Source: an uncultured Planctomycetaceae bacterium (lineage in GTDB: Bacteria; Planctomycetota; UBA1135; GCA-002686595). Taken from it: a stretch of DNA of 64,000 nucleotides. The stretch lies in assembly GCA_964428225.1 (NCBI GenBank), contig CAYRXS010000001.1, positions 2,774 through 66,773 on the forward strand, read 5' to 3'. This document shows positions 28,789 to 38,176 of the stretch, piece after piece. The notes under the pieces are model-generated. The model did not search any database and was not told the DNA's origin. It saw only the letters and a list, made by a program, of their open reading frames with translations. A program made the translations under genes and the position numbers. Position 1 is the stretch's first letter. Each line of letters opens with the position of its first letter.

Positions 28789-31347
28789 ATGCATCGCCTA
28801 GCCACCGGCGCCGGCGCGGTCGCCGCCCTTGCCCTGATCGCCGCTGCCCCGTCCTCGCAATCCTGGGACGTCCCCACGTCTGCCGAACGCCCCGAGGTGG
28901 TCCGGATGGACGCGCAGGGCAATGCGACACGCGTGGTCTTCGACGAGCTTCGCGACCGACCCCTCGGCGAGAGCTCGCCGCTCGTCGGTGCCGGCTGGGA
29001 TCCCCTCGGCCCCTTCGGTGGCGACGTCGACGACGTGGGAGCCTCCCCGACGAGCCCGAACGTCGTCCTGGCGGGCATCGCCCCGAGCGGCGGCACCGGG
29101 GGCGCGCTCTTTCGATCCACGGACGGCGCTGCCACGTGGTCGGAGGTGTGCGCGCTGAGCGGAACGAGCGTGCACGACATCGAGTTCGATCCGAGCGGGA
29201 AGGTCTACATCGGGACGATCGATGGGGTGTGGACGAGCACCAACGACGGAGTCTCCTGGACGCAGCAGAACCTCGGGATCGGGGTGAACGACCAGACCTT
29301 CGAGGTGACGATCGACCCAAACGACGCGAACCGCGTCTGGGCCGGTGTGGCCGACGCGCTGGGCAACCAGACCAAGAACGTGCTGCTCTCCACGAACGGC
29401 GGAGTCACGTGGACGGACATGACGCCCACGGGGGCGGCCGGAATGGGCTGCGCCGGGATCTGCCTCGATCCCAACGACTCGAACAAGGTCTTCGCGGCCT
29501 TCGGGGGCGGCTTCGGCGGCGGGATGGTCTGGGTGTCGGACGACGGCGGGGCCACGTGGGCCAACCGTTCCGCCGGCCTGCCGGGCAATCCGATGAACGA
29601 CGTCGTCCACGACGGCACCCGCGCGCTCCTCGTAGGGGGGCAGCTCTTCGGCAGCCAGTTCGTCGGCCTGTACGAGACCACGGACGACGGCGTCTCCTGG
29701 GTCGCCCTGCACGACGGTACGTGGCCGAACCTCGTAACCCACGACATCGAGCTCGACCCCGCCGACGCGAACACGATCTACGTCGCCTCCGCCGGCTCCG
29801 GGGTCTACAAGAGCACCGACGGCGGCGCGAGCTGGTCCTTCGGCATCGGAGGGACCGGGGCCTTCTCGGTGAACGAGATCAGCGTCGATCCCGGCGGCGG
29901 CACGCCGGTCTACGTCGGCAGCTCCTCGGTCGCGGTCTGGAAGAGCACCGACGGCACGAACTTCACGATGTCCTCGGTGGGCATCGGATCGCTCAACCTG
30001 GAGTCGATCGCCTACGATCCCAATGACGGCGACGCGCTCGCGGTGGCCTTCCAGGGCTTGAACGACGGCGGCGTCTACAGCACGACCGACGGCGGAACGA
30101 CCTGGGATCTCGAGGATCTGCCCGGCACGCGGTTCAACACGGTGCAATACGCTCCCGGCGGCACCCTGTACGCGATCTCCGACGGGCCGACGACCATCGC
30201 CCCGGAAGGGGTGTACCGGCGAGACGCGAGCGGCGTCTGGGTTTGCCTGGGGCCCGACCAGGGCTCGCAATTCGAATCGGAGCTGTACGCCCTGGTGTTC
30301 AGCGAGGTCGACTCGAACCTGATCGTCGCGGGCGGGGCCGACTTCGGCGTGGCCGGCTTCGAGCCCACGGTTTGGGTCTCCCACGACGCCGGCGCGAGCT
30401 GGAGCAAGAACTACGAGCCCGCCATCGAGCACGAGGACGTGAGGGACGTTGTCATCCTCCCCGACGGCACCGACCTGAACATGGTCGCGGCGTACACGGA
30501 CTTCGGGACGACCCAGGACGGCGGCGCCCTGCTCTCCACAGACGGGGGGGCGAGCTGGGCGGAATCCAACACGGGCATCGCCGGCGGAGCGCAGTGCTAC
30601 GGCCTCGCCGCTTCCCACTTCGACGACGACACGGTCTACCTCACGGACGACGATGTGCCGTTCGGGGCGGTCTACCGCTCCACCGACAGCGGCGCCACGT
30701 GGACGGGCATGGGCTTCACCGAGCGCGTGCGCGACGTCGTGACGGATCCGGTGCGGCCGATGCGCCTGTACATCGCCGCCTCGAGCGGAGCGAAGGTCCG
30801 GTACTCCGACGACGAGGGTGCCACGTTCACCGCGCTCGACAGCGGGCTGGGCACCGCGGGATGGACGCGCGACCTGAAGCTGATCCCCGGGGGCCGCAAC
30901 ACGCTGCTGCTCGCCACGGCGAACGGCGCCTACGCCGAGTACGAGGGCGGCTGCACGCTCGAGGCCGACGTGACCTCCTTGTCCGTGTCCGCGGGGGGGA
31001 CGCTGAACCTGAGCCTCGCCGCGGGGGCGGAGAACGGGGGGCGCTGGTACGTCGTGCTCGGCAGCACCACCGGCACCGACGGCATCCCCGTCGGGGGCAT
31101 CATGATCCCGCTCACCTTCGACGCCTACACCCAGGACACGATCAGCCAGGCTAACGGCGGTGCGTTCGCCAACACGCTGGGCCTGCTCGACCCGAACGGG
31201 ATGTCCGCGGCCTCCGTCACCCTTCCCCCCGGCTCCGACCCGGGCCTGATCGGCCTGGAGGTCTGGCACGCCTACGGGGTGTTCACGATCGGCCCGTTCA
31301 CCACGTATCGCGCGAGCAACGCGGTGAAGGTGGTCATCGATCCCTGA
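28789..31347 (+). CDS. Secreted BNR/Asp-box repeat beta-propeller protein (sialidase/Ycf48-like fold) with a C-terminal module
   Basis: GGAGGAA SD before ATG 28789. Signal peptide MHRLATGAGAVAALALIAAAPS. 12 Asp-box motifs: STDGAATW, TNDGVSW, STNGGVTW, SDDGGATW, TTDDGVSW, STDGGASW, STDGTNF, TTDGGTTW, SHDAGASW, STDGGASW, STDSGATW, SDDEGATF. Confidence 0.85.
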   Translation: MHRLATGAGAVAALALIAAAPSSQSWDVPTSAERPEVVRMDAQGNATRVVFDELRDRPLGESSPLVGAGWDPLGPFGGDVDDVGASPTSPNVVLAGIAPSGGTGGALFRSTDGAATWSEVCALSGTSVHDIEFDPSGKVYIGTIDGVWTSTNDGVSWTQQNLGIGVNDQTFEVTIDPNDANRVWAGVADALGNQTKNVLLSTNGGVTWTDMTPTGAAGMGCAGICLDPNDSNKVFAAFGGGFGGGMVWVSDDGGATWANRSAGLPGNPMNDVVHDGTRALLVGGQLFGSQFVGLYETTDDGVSWVALHDGTWPNLVTHDIELDPADANTIYVASAGSGVYKSTDGGASWSFGIGGTGAFSVNEISVDPGGGTPVYVGSSSVAVWKSTDGTNFTMSSVGIGSLNLESIAYDPNDGDALAVAFQGLNDGGVYSTTDGGTTWDLEDLPGTRFNTVQYAPGGTLYAISDGPTTIAPEGVYRRDASGVWVCLGPDQGSQFESELYALVFSEVDSNLIVAGGADFGVAGFEPTVWVSHDAGASWSKNYEPAIEHEDVRDVVILPDGTDLNMVAAYTDFGTTQDGGALLSTDGGASWAESNTGIAGGAQCYGLAASHFDDDTVYLTDDDVPFGAVYRSTDSGATWTGMGFTERVRDVVTDPVRPMRLYIAASSGAKVRYSDDEGATFTALDSGLGTAGWTRDLKLIPGGRNTLLLATANGAYAEYEGGCTLEADVTSLSVSAGGTLNLSLAAGAENGGRWYVVLGSTTGTDGIPVGGIMIPLTFDAYTQDTISQANGGAFANTLGLLDPNGMSAASVTLPPGSDPGLIGLEVWHAYGVFTIGPFTTYRASNAVKVVIDP

Positions 31348-31370
31348 CCCTCGCCGGCGGGGGATTCGCG

Positions 31371-31407
31371 GCGCGCGCCCGGCTCGAAGATCGAATCGGG
31401 CGCGCGT
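31371..31407 (+). other. Stable GC-rich stem-loop between the BNR gene and the next gene
   Basis: GCGCGCCCG (31373-31381) pairs with CGGGCGCGC (31397-31405), extendable by 1-2 bp, with a 15-nt loop. No U-tract, so terminator function is uncertain. Confidence 0.3.
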
Positions 31408-31425
31408 CGTGGTACAAGGAGAGGC

Positions 31426-32286
31426 GTGTTCCGTCTGGGCTACAACACGAACGGGCTGCCGCACCACCGCATCGCCGACGCGCTCGAGCTCCTCGCGGAG
31501 CTCGACTACGAGGCGGTTGCCCTGACCCCGGACGCCGGGCAGCTCGACCCCCTCGCGCTCGATCCGAACGAGGTGGCGCGCGTGCGGCTGCTCTCCGAGG
31601 AGCTCGGACTCGACCTGGCGGTGGAGACGGGGGCACGGTTCCTTCTCGATCCGCGACGCAAGCACTTCCCCACCCTGCTCGAGGACGACCCCGCCGACCG
31701 CGCCCGCCGCGTGGACTTCCTGGTGAAGAGCATCGATCTCGCCGCCGACCTGGGGGCGGGCGTGCTGTCCCTGTGGGCGGGGCGGGCGCCGAGCGGCCAC
31801 ACCGGCGACGAGGGAGGGGAGGGGACGGAAGAGGAGTGGGACCGGCTCTGCGCGGGCCTCGCCGTCGCCCTCGAGCGCGGCCACCGACAAGGCGTCCAAA
31901 TCGGCTTCGAGCCCGAGCCGGGGATGTTCATCGAGCGGCCCGGAGGCTACGTCGCGCTGGTGGATCGGCTGGGCGCGGCGGGGGACGAGCTGGGCCTCTG
32001 CCTGGACGTCGGGCACCTGCTCTGCACGAAGGACCTGCCCGTCGGCGAGGTGATCCACGGGCTGGGCCATCGGCTCGTCATGGTCCACCTGGACGACGTG
32101 GCCGGAGGCGTCCACGAGCACCGGATGTTCGGCACCGGGGACCTCGACCTCGGAGAGACCCTAACCGCCTTGTTGGAAGTGGATTACGACGGAATCGCCG
32201 CCGTGGAGCTCCCCCGGGACGGCCACCGGGCCCCCGAGGCGGCGCGGGAGGCGATGGCCCGGATCCGCGAGATTATCGGGGCATGA
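31426..32286 (+). CDS. Sugar phosphate isomerase/epimerase (xylose isomerase-like TIM barrel)
   Basis: LGYNTNGLPHH, VLSLWAG, FEPEPGMF, CLDVGH, HLDD: the AP_endonuc_2/TIM-barrel family pattern. Confidence 0.75.
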   Translation: MFRLGYNTNGLPHHRIADALELLAELDYEAVALTPDAGQLDPLALDPNEVARVRLLSEELGLDLAVETGARFLLDPRRKHFPTLLEDDPADRARRVDFLVKSIDLAADLGAGVLSLWAGRAPSGHTGDEGGEGTEEEWDRLCAGLAVALERGHRQGVQIGFEPEPGMFIERPGGYVALVDRLGAAGDELGLCLDVGHLLCTKDLPVGEVIHGLGHRLVMVHLDDVAGGVHEHRMFGTGDLDLGETLTALLEVDYDGIAAVELPRDGHRAPEAAREAMARIREIIGA

Positions 32287-32403
32287 TGGCCACCATCTTC
32301 CGCCGGAGCGTACTTGACAGAACATCTTCTCGAACGGCCTCGTATGGGTAGGAGAGGGTCGTTTTTGCCCCCCTCACGACCCCCCCTTTCCCGGAACTCG
32401 TCC

Positions 32404-32640
32404 ATGGAGAACCGAACCGAGTCCATTCGGCAATGTCCCACTCGCGCGGACGGAGCCGATCCCCTGATCGCGCATGGCATTCCCTCGGCCACGTGTCAGG
32501 AACGCCAGCGGAAGCACTACCACAAGTGCTACACCTGCGCGCATCGCAGCGCCGCGAAGGTGAACGGGAGACCCGGGCCCCAGATCTCCTCCATCCTCGA
32601 AATGGTGCCGCGCGGCGGACGCGCCAAGGCCATCCTGTAG
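32404..32640 (+). CDS. Hypothetical small Cys/His-containing protein (78 aa)
   Basis: ORF with GC-rich third positions. Four Cys arranged C-x19-C-x10-C-x2-C with flanking His (HYHKCYTCAH). No recognised family. Confidence 0.35.
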   Translation: MENRTESIRQCPTRADGADPLIAHGIPSATCQERQRKHYHKCYTCAHRSAAKVNGRPGPQISSILEMVPRGGRAKAIL

Positions 32641-32689
32641 TCGCTCCCGGCCTGCGCGCCGGGACGGAGCCGCCGCCCTGCGCGGCGAG

Positions 32690-33919
32690 CTAGGCGTCCC
32701 CTGCTGCCGCTTCGAGAACTTCGTCCGTCGTCAGCAACCGTGGGCTGCTCTTCGCGCGATCGAAAACCCTCTGGACGCGCTCTTCGGTCGGCTCGACGCC
32801 GCTCTTCTGCAGGACCCAGATGACGTTCGACTTGCCGCTCATGGGCCCCACCTTGATGACCTGCTCGAGACCGAACAGACCCGCGGGGACTCCGGAGTAG
32901 ACCCGGTCGGCGAGCCAGGCATCGCCCTTCTTGAAGGCCTTGATCACCGCGGCGGCGTGGACGCCCGTCCCGGTCTCGAAAGCATCTTGGCCGAACACGG
33001 AGTAGTTGTGGGGGATGGGCAGGTCGACCGCCTCGCTCGCGACGCGGCAATACTCGGCGAGCGCGGAGAGGTCGTTGTCGATCGCCCCCGCGAGTTTGAG
33101 GTTGACGAGGAGTAGGTCCATCTCCGCGTTCCCCGCGCGCTCCCCGATTCCCAGGGCGCAGCCATGAACCCGACCGGCGCCGGCGCTCAAGGCGGCCAGG
33201 GAATTGACCAGGGCGAGGCCCCGGTCGCGGTGACCGTGCCAGTCGATGCCCACGTTGCCGCCGAGCTCCTCGACGAAGTCGACGACGAACCGGATGAGGC
33301 TGTGAGTGCCCTGGGGCGTGATGTGTCCGCATGTGTCGCAAATGCAGATGCGAGCGGCTCCCGCCTCGATGGCCGCGGTGTTGAGGGCGCGGATGTCCTC
33401 CGGGCGAGCGCGGGTGGTGTCCTCCGTCACGAACATCACGGGGATCTCGTTCTCGGCGCAGAATTCGCACGCCTTGCGGGAGAGGTCCACCATCCGGTCC
33501 ATCTCCCAGCCCTCGGCGAACTGCCGGATGGGGCTCGAGCCGATGAACGCGCAGACCTCGACGGGCATGCCCAGCTCCTGCTGGAGATCGGCCACCGGCT
33601 CGATGTCGGAGATGACGGTGCGGCACGCGACGTTGGGCGTGATGTTCAGCTCCTTCATCTCCCGGCAGAGGACCCGGATGTGCTCACGCGCCCGCTCGCC
33701 GGCGCCGGGCAGGCCGATGTCGGCGGTGTGGATGCCGAGCTTGTCCATCAGGTGGACGAGCTTGATCTTCTGGTCCAGGTCCGGGTCGCGAACGGAGGGA
33801 TTCTGCAGGCCGTCCCGGAGGGTCTCGTCATCGAGCAGGATCGTCTTTCCCTGCAGCTCCTCCGGAGTTCCCGCCACGTTCCAGTCGTAGATCAGGGCGT
33901 CAGTTTCGAGCTCGGCCAT
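32690..33919 (-). CDS. DRE-TIM (HMGL-like) 2-isopropylmalate/homocitrate/citramalate synthase-family enzyme, short form
   Basis: LLDDETLRDGLQN, WHGHRDRGLALVNSLAALSAGA, LGIGERAGNAEMD, GTGVHAAAVIK. 409 aa from ATG 33919 (alternative ATG 33928). The upstream part of the 634-aa ORF is non-protein-like. Confidence 0.75.
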   Translation of the reverse strand: MAELETDALIYDWNVAGTPEELQGKTILLDDETLRDGLQNPSVRDPDLDQKIKLVHLMDKLGIHTADIGLPGAGERAREHIRVLCREMKELNITPNVACRTVISDIEPVADLQQELGMPVEVCAFIGSSPIRQFAEGWEMDRMVDLSRKACEFCAENEIPVMFVTEDTTRARPEDIRALNTAAIEAGAARICICDTCGHITPQGTHSLIRFVVDFVEELGGNVGIDWHGHRDRGLALVNSLAALSAGAGRVHGCALGIGERAGNAEMDLLLVNLKLAGAIDNDLSALAEYCRVASEAVDLPIPHNYSVFGQDAFETGTGVHAAAVIKAFKKGDAWLADRVYSGVPAGLFGLEQVIKVGPMSGKSNVIWVLQKSGVEPTEERVQRVFDRAKSSPRLLTTDEVLEAAAGDA

Positions 33920-34061
33920 CGCGCGCATCCTCTCGCTCACGGTGAATCGGGAGGGGGATTGTATCCGCCCGGGGGCGCAGGACGGTAGACGGTGCCGGTC
34001 CGCGGCTTTCGGGACTCGCCGGTGAACGCCGGCGGCCGCCCGGTCGTTATCCTGCACCGTC

Positions 34062-35450
34062 ATGTCCAGAGGACGCGTGCTCAAGTTCGGGGGGGACGCC
34101 CTGCGCGACGGAGAATCCGTCCGTCGCGTGGTGCGCATCGTCCGCGACCACGGGGGAGCGCAGCCCGTCGTGGTGGTCAGCGCCCACCAGGGAGTCACGG
34201 ACCTCCTGGGGCACAGCGCGACGGCCGCCGCGGAGGGGCGGGTTCTCTGGGACGACGTGCGGATCCGCCACCGCACGCTCCTTCGCCAGCTGGGGCTCCC
34301 CGCGGACCTCCTCGGCCGCCACCTTCGCGATCTGCGGGCGGTGCTCGAGGAGCTCACCTCCTCTCCTCGGCGGGATCGTCGCTCCCACGACTTCGTCCTC
34401 TCGTTCGGAGAGCGGATGAGCGCCCGCATCGTGGCCGCCGCGCTGAAGGCCGAGGGAATCCCCGCCACGCCCCTGGACGCCTTCGACCTCGGCTTGACCA
34501 GCGAGGTGGGCCCCGGTCGCGACATCGCCGTGGCGCGCCCGTCGGAGCGAACGCGTCGCGCCATCGCCGCAACGCCGGGCATCCCGGTGGTCACCGGCTT
34601 CCTGGCCCAGGACCGGGCGGGTCACGTGACGACGCTGGGGCGGAACGGCTCCGACCTGTCGGCGACGTGGATCGCGGAGGCCGTGGGGGCGGAGGACGTG
34701 CAGCTGTGGAAGACCGTCGGCGGCATTCGCACGGCCGACCCCGAGCTCGTTCCCGGGGCGCGCCCGGTTCCCGAGCTGACCTGGGACGAGGCGGCCGAGC
34801 TCTCGGCCCAGGGAGCGGCCGTCCTGCACCCCGGCACCACGGAGCCGGCTCGTCGAGCGGGGATTCCGATCCACGTCCTCGACGTCCGGGATCCGACGGC
34901 CCCCGGGACCCGCGTATTCGGCCAGTCCGGACAGCCCCGGGTGCGCGCCCTGACGCACCGCCCCTCCGTGGCCGTGCTCCGCGTCCGCTCGAGATCGGAC
35001 CGCGGTCGCGGAGAGCAACTCGCCGACCTCCTCCGACGCCTGAGCGACGAGGGGATCGATCCCCTGCTCGGCGCGATCTCGGGGACGGGTGTCGCCATCG
35101 TGGTCTCCGGACGCGACGCGCGCCCCGATCTGCCCCGGATCTTTCCCGGCGGCGGCGAGCTCGAGCGCGGGCTCGCCACGATCGGCCTCGTGGGAGACCG
35201 GATCGGCGACCGGAACGATCTCGCGGACCGCCTGCCGGGATCGGAGGAGCCCGCCCCTCCCCGCGCCCGGCCGGCCCCCGGGGGAAGAAGCGCCCACGGA
35301 CGCGTCTTCCTCGTTCGCGCGGTCGAGCTCGTGGCTGCCCTCCGTGACGCGCACGCCGTGCTGTTCGAGGGCGACCTCTCGCGCAACACCGGGCCGACGC
35401 AAGGCTCCTCGGCGGCTCTCCCCCGCGAGGGCGGAAGCGTCGAGAGGTAG
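34062..35450 (+). CDS. lysC: Aspartate kinase
   Basis: VLKFGGDAL, SFGERMSA, VVTGF, TLGRNGSDLSAT, ACT-like C-terminal region. Confidence 0.85.
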   Translation: MSRGRVLKFGGDALRDGESVRRVVRIVRDHGGAQPVVVVSAHQGVTDLLGHSATAAAEGRVLWDDVRIRHRTLLRQLGLPADLLGRHLRDLRAVLEELTSSPRRDRRSHDFVLSFGERMSARIVAAALKAEGIPATPLDAFDLGLTSEVGPGRDIAVARPSERTRRAIAATPGIPVVTGFLAQDRAGHVTTLGRNGSDLSATWIAEAVGAEDVQLWKTVGGIRTADPELVPGARPVPELTWDEAAELSAQGAAVLHPGTTEPARRAGIPIHVLDVRDPTAPGTRVFGQSGQPRVRALTHRPSVAVLRVRSRSDRGRGEQLADLLRRLSDEGIDPLLGAISGTGVAIVVSGRDARPDLPRIFPGGGELERGLATIGLVGDRIGDRNDLADRLPGSEEPAPPRARPAPGGRSAHGRVFLVRAVELVAALRDAHAVLFEGDLSRNTGPTQGSSAALPREGGSVER

Positions 35451-35522
35451 GTTTCCGGCCTCCCGCATTCCCTGGACAATCCTTGCCCGGCACCTCCGGC
35501 GGCGCGTGTATCCTGCCGCGCG

Positions 35523-36902
35523 ATGGCGGCAGATCACGATAACCGCTACCAGCTCCAGGATCTCCAGGCCGCAGTGGCCGGTACCCCGGAGGAGCTGTCG
35601 AAGTTCCTCGAGGACGCCCACCCCGCCGATTTGGCCGATTGGATGGACGAGCTGGAGGACGAAGAGGCCCGGATGATCTTCGCGGGCCTCGACGTCGAGT
35701 CCCAGGCCGAGCTCCTGGGCTTCGCGGAGAATTGGGTCGCCGAGACGTTGCTCGAGACCACCGAGGTCGCCCGGCTGGTGCAAATCGTCGAGGAGCTTCC
35801 CGCCGACGAGGTCGCGGACCTCCTCGCCCTCGCCGACGAATCGAAGTCCGAGGAGGTCCTTCGTCGCGTGGACGTCGAGCGGGCCAAAGGCCTGCGCGAG
35901 CTGCTCTCCTACGACGCGGAATCCGCAGGCGGCGTGATGACCTCCGAGTACGTCGCCGTGCCGCGCGGCGCGAACGTCGGCGACGCCATCAAGGAGATCC
36001 GCTCCGAGGAAGGCCCCGCCGGCGAGGAAGAGGTCGGCGTGTTCGTGGTGGACGCCGCGGGTCAACCCGTCGGATTCGTCTCCGACCGCGAGCTGCTGAC
36101 CACCCCGATCCACACGCCGATCGAAGACGCGATGGAGACGGACCTGGTCGTGGTGCGCGCCGAGGACGACCAGGAGGAAGCCGCGAACCTCGTGGCGAAG
36201 TACAACCTCTCCGCCCTGCCGGTCGTGGACGAGGGAGGGATTCTGATCGGGGTCATCTCGGCCGAGGACGCTCACGAGGTCCTGCACGAGGAGACCGAGG
36301 AGGACATCTACCGGATCATCGGCACCTCGACCGAGGATCCGACTCGCCTGCCCGTGCTGAAGCGGGTGCGCAACCGCCTGCCGCTGCAGGCCCTGACCGT
36401 GCTCGGTGGCATCTTCACCGCCTGGATCCTGGAGCTCGCGCTTCCCGGAAACGACGAGGCCGCGAGCACGCTCGACATCCTGCGCTACCTCCCGCTCATC
36501 ATCGGCCTCGCCGGCAACGTCGGGGTCCAGTCCTCGACCATCCTGGTGCGCGCCTTCGCCACGGGCGAGGTCTCACAGGATCGCGAGATGACCGTACTCG
36601 GCTCCGAGGTGCTCACCGGATTCCTGATCGGCCTGATCTGTGGCGCGGCCACGACGGCAGCCTGCGCGCTGGGGAGCGCCGGCCCGGAGGGACTCCATCT
36701 CGGCGCTTCGGTCGGCATCGCGATCGCCGTGGCCGTCTCCTGGGCGGCCTTCCTCGGGTGCACGGTCCCCATCGTGTGCCAGCGAATGGGCATCGACCCC
36801 GCGATCGTCGCCGGCCCGTTCCTCATCACGCTCAGCGACATCTCGGGGGCCGCGATCTTCGTGGTGGTCGCCGGGATGATGACCCTCGGTCTGTCGGGGT
36901 GA
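35523..36902 (+). CDS. mgtE: Magnesium transporter MgtE
   Basis: MgtE_N (HPADLADWMDEL), CBS pair, C-terminal 5-TM domain with GNVGVQSSTI and PFLITLSDISG. Confidence 0.92.
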   Translation: MAADHDNRYQLQDLQAAVAGTPEELSKFLEDAHPADLADWMDELEDEEARMIFAGLDVESQAELLGFAENWVAETLLETTEVARLVQIVEELPADEVADLLALADESKSEEVLRRVDVERAKGLRELLSYDAESAGGVMTSEYVAVPRGANVGDAIKEIRSEEGPAGEEEVGVFVVDAAGQPVGFVSDRELLTTPIHTPIEDAMETDLVVVRAEDDQEEAANLVAKYNLSALPVVDEGGILIGVISAEDAHEVLHEETEEDIYRIIGTSTEDPTRLPVLKRVRNRLPLQALTVLGGIFTAWILELALPGNDEAASTLDILRYLPLIIGLAGNVGVQSSTILVRAFATGEVSQDREMTVLGSEVLTGFLIGLICGAATTAACALGSAGPEGLHLGASVGIAIAVAVSWAAFLGCTVPIVCQRMGIDPAIVAGPFLITLSDISGAAIFVVVAGMMTLGLSG

Positions 36903-36906
36903 AGCC

Positions 36907-38118
36907 GTGAGAATGCGGAGGACGGCCCGCATGCTCTGGGCGCTGCTCGCGGTCGCCACGCTCGTCCTGCTCTCGAAGTTCTTCGTGTGGGACGTGTACC
37001 GCGTGGGAAGCGGCTCGATGAGGCCGACGCTCTTCGGGGGCTCCGATCGCGCGGAGGGCGAGCCGTTCACCGAGCACGTCCTCGTTCTCTACGGGAACGG
37101 GGCGGGTCCGGAGCGGTTCGATCTCGTCGTCATCCGTCCCCGCGGGGGAGGGGATCCCATCGTCAAGCGGGTCGGGGCGCTCCCCAACGAGTCGGTGCAG
37201 ATCGTCGACGGAGACGTGCTGATCGAAGGACGTCGGCTCGGCCCGGACGTGCGCCGACCCGAGCCGATACCGCTGTTCGACAGCCGCATCCACCGAGTCG
37301 ACGAGATGTTCTCGCCCGTCTTGCAGAGCACCACCTGGAAGCCCGATGGCGAGGAATGGCGGCTCGATGCGAGCGCGGTGCCGATCGGAAACGACGGGGG
37401 CATGATCTCCTACCACAAGGACATCGGGGACGGATACCTCGATCAGAACGACGCACGCGTTGCCGGAACCCTGCAGGTGAACGACGGGGTGATCGAGTGT
37501 GAGGTTCTGCTCGAGGAATCCCGTGGCCGGCTACGCCTGCAGCTCTCCGAGGAAGGCGACACGTTCCGCGCGTTCATCGAGCCCGCCGAGGCCGCGACCG
37601 ACGGATTCCGGCTCGTCCTGACGCGCCACAACCACATCACGCAGGCGCGGACCGAGCCGGGCGAAAAGACCGAGGTCATGCTCGACGAGAGCATCCCCTT
37701 CGTCACGGGAGCCTGGCATCGGCTCCGCTTCAGCAACATCGACAACCATTTGATCTTCGAGCTGGACGACGGGTCCTACCGCAAGGTGGCCTCCTACGAC
37801 GAGAACGTGCCCCATCGTCGCTCGGAAGTTGCGAGGAAGCACATCGCCTACCGAGCGAGTCTCGGCGGAGAGAGCTGCCTCGCCCGATTCCGCTCCATTC
37901 GGGTTCTGCGCGACCTCTATTACACACCGCGGTATACTGAAGATCAGAAGCCCAGTCAGTACATGCGCACGTCCCTGGGACCGGACAAGTACTACGTCCT
38001 GGGCGACAACTCTGCCCACAGCACTGACTCGCGGACCACCGGCCCCGTGTCGACTTCGGAGATCATCGGAACGCCTGTCGCCGTCGTCTGGCCCCCGTCA
38101 CGATTCCGCTGGCTCTAG
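36907..38118 (+). CDS. lepB: Signal peptidase I
   Basis: N-terminal TM. Catalytic Ser box VGSGSMRPTL, Lys box IVKRVGALPNE, YYVLGDNSAHSTDSR. About 200-aa insertion between boxes. Confidence 0.88.
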   Translation: MRMRRTARMLWALLAVATLVLLSKFFVWDVYRVGSGSMRPTLFGGSDRAEGEPFTEHVLVLYGNGAGPERFDLVVIRPRGGGDPIVKRVGALPNESVQIVDGDVLIEGRRLGPDVRRPEPIPLFDSRIHRVDEMFSPVLQSTTWKPDGEEWRLDASAVPIGNDGGMISYHKDIGDGYLDQNDARVAGTLQVNDGVIECEVLLEESRGRLRLQLSEEGDTFRAFIEPAEAATDGFRLVLTRHNHITQARTEPGEKTEVMLDESIPFVTGAWHRLRFSNIDNHLIFELDDGSYRKVASYDENVPHRRSEVARKHIAYRASLGGESCLARFRSIRVLRDLYYTPRYTEDQKPSQYMRTSLGPDKYYVLGDNSAHSTDSRTTGPVSTSEIIGTPVAVVWPPSRFRWL

Positions 38119-38176
38119 CCGGCCTTCCCGTTCGCGAGGCGAATTGCCCCCCCTTGAAGAACGAGCGCCTCGTTCC

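Noticed and set aside
28798-32121. 1,107-aa minus-strand ORF, the second-longest ORF in the track
   Set aside because: It runs antisense to the BNR-repeat gene and the sugar isomerase gene, both of which have clear motifs. Its translation is Arg/Gly/Pro/Ala/Val-rich with no motifs. This is a typical high-GC shadow ORF.
35451-35522. Riboswitches expected by gene context: M-box before mgtE, lysine riboswitch before lysC (33920-34061), ZTP/purine elements before purF (45302-45505)
   Set aside because: The leaders are only 72, 142 (shared, divergent) and about 200 nt. I could not recognise the conserved cores of these riboswitch classes. An Rfam scan would be the decisive test.
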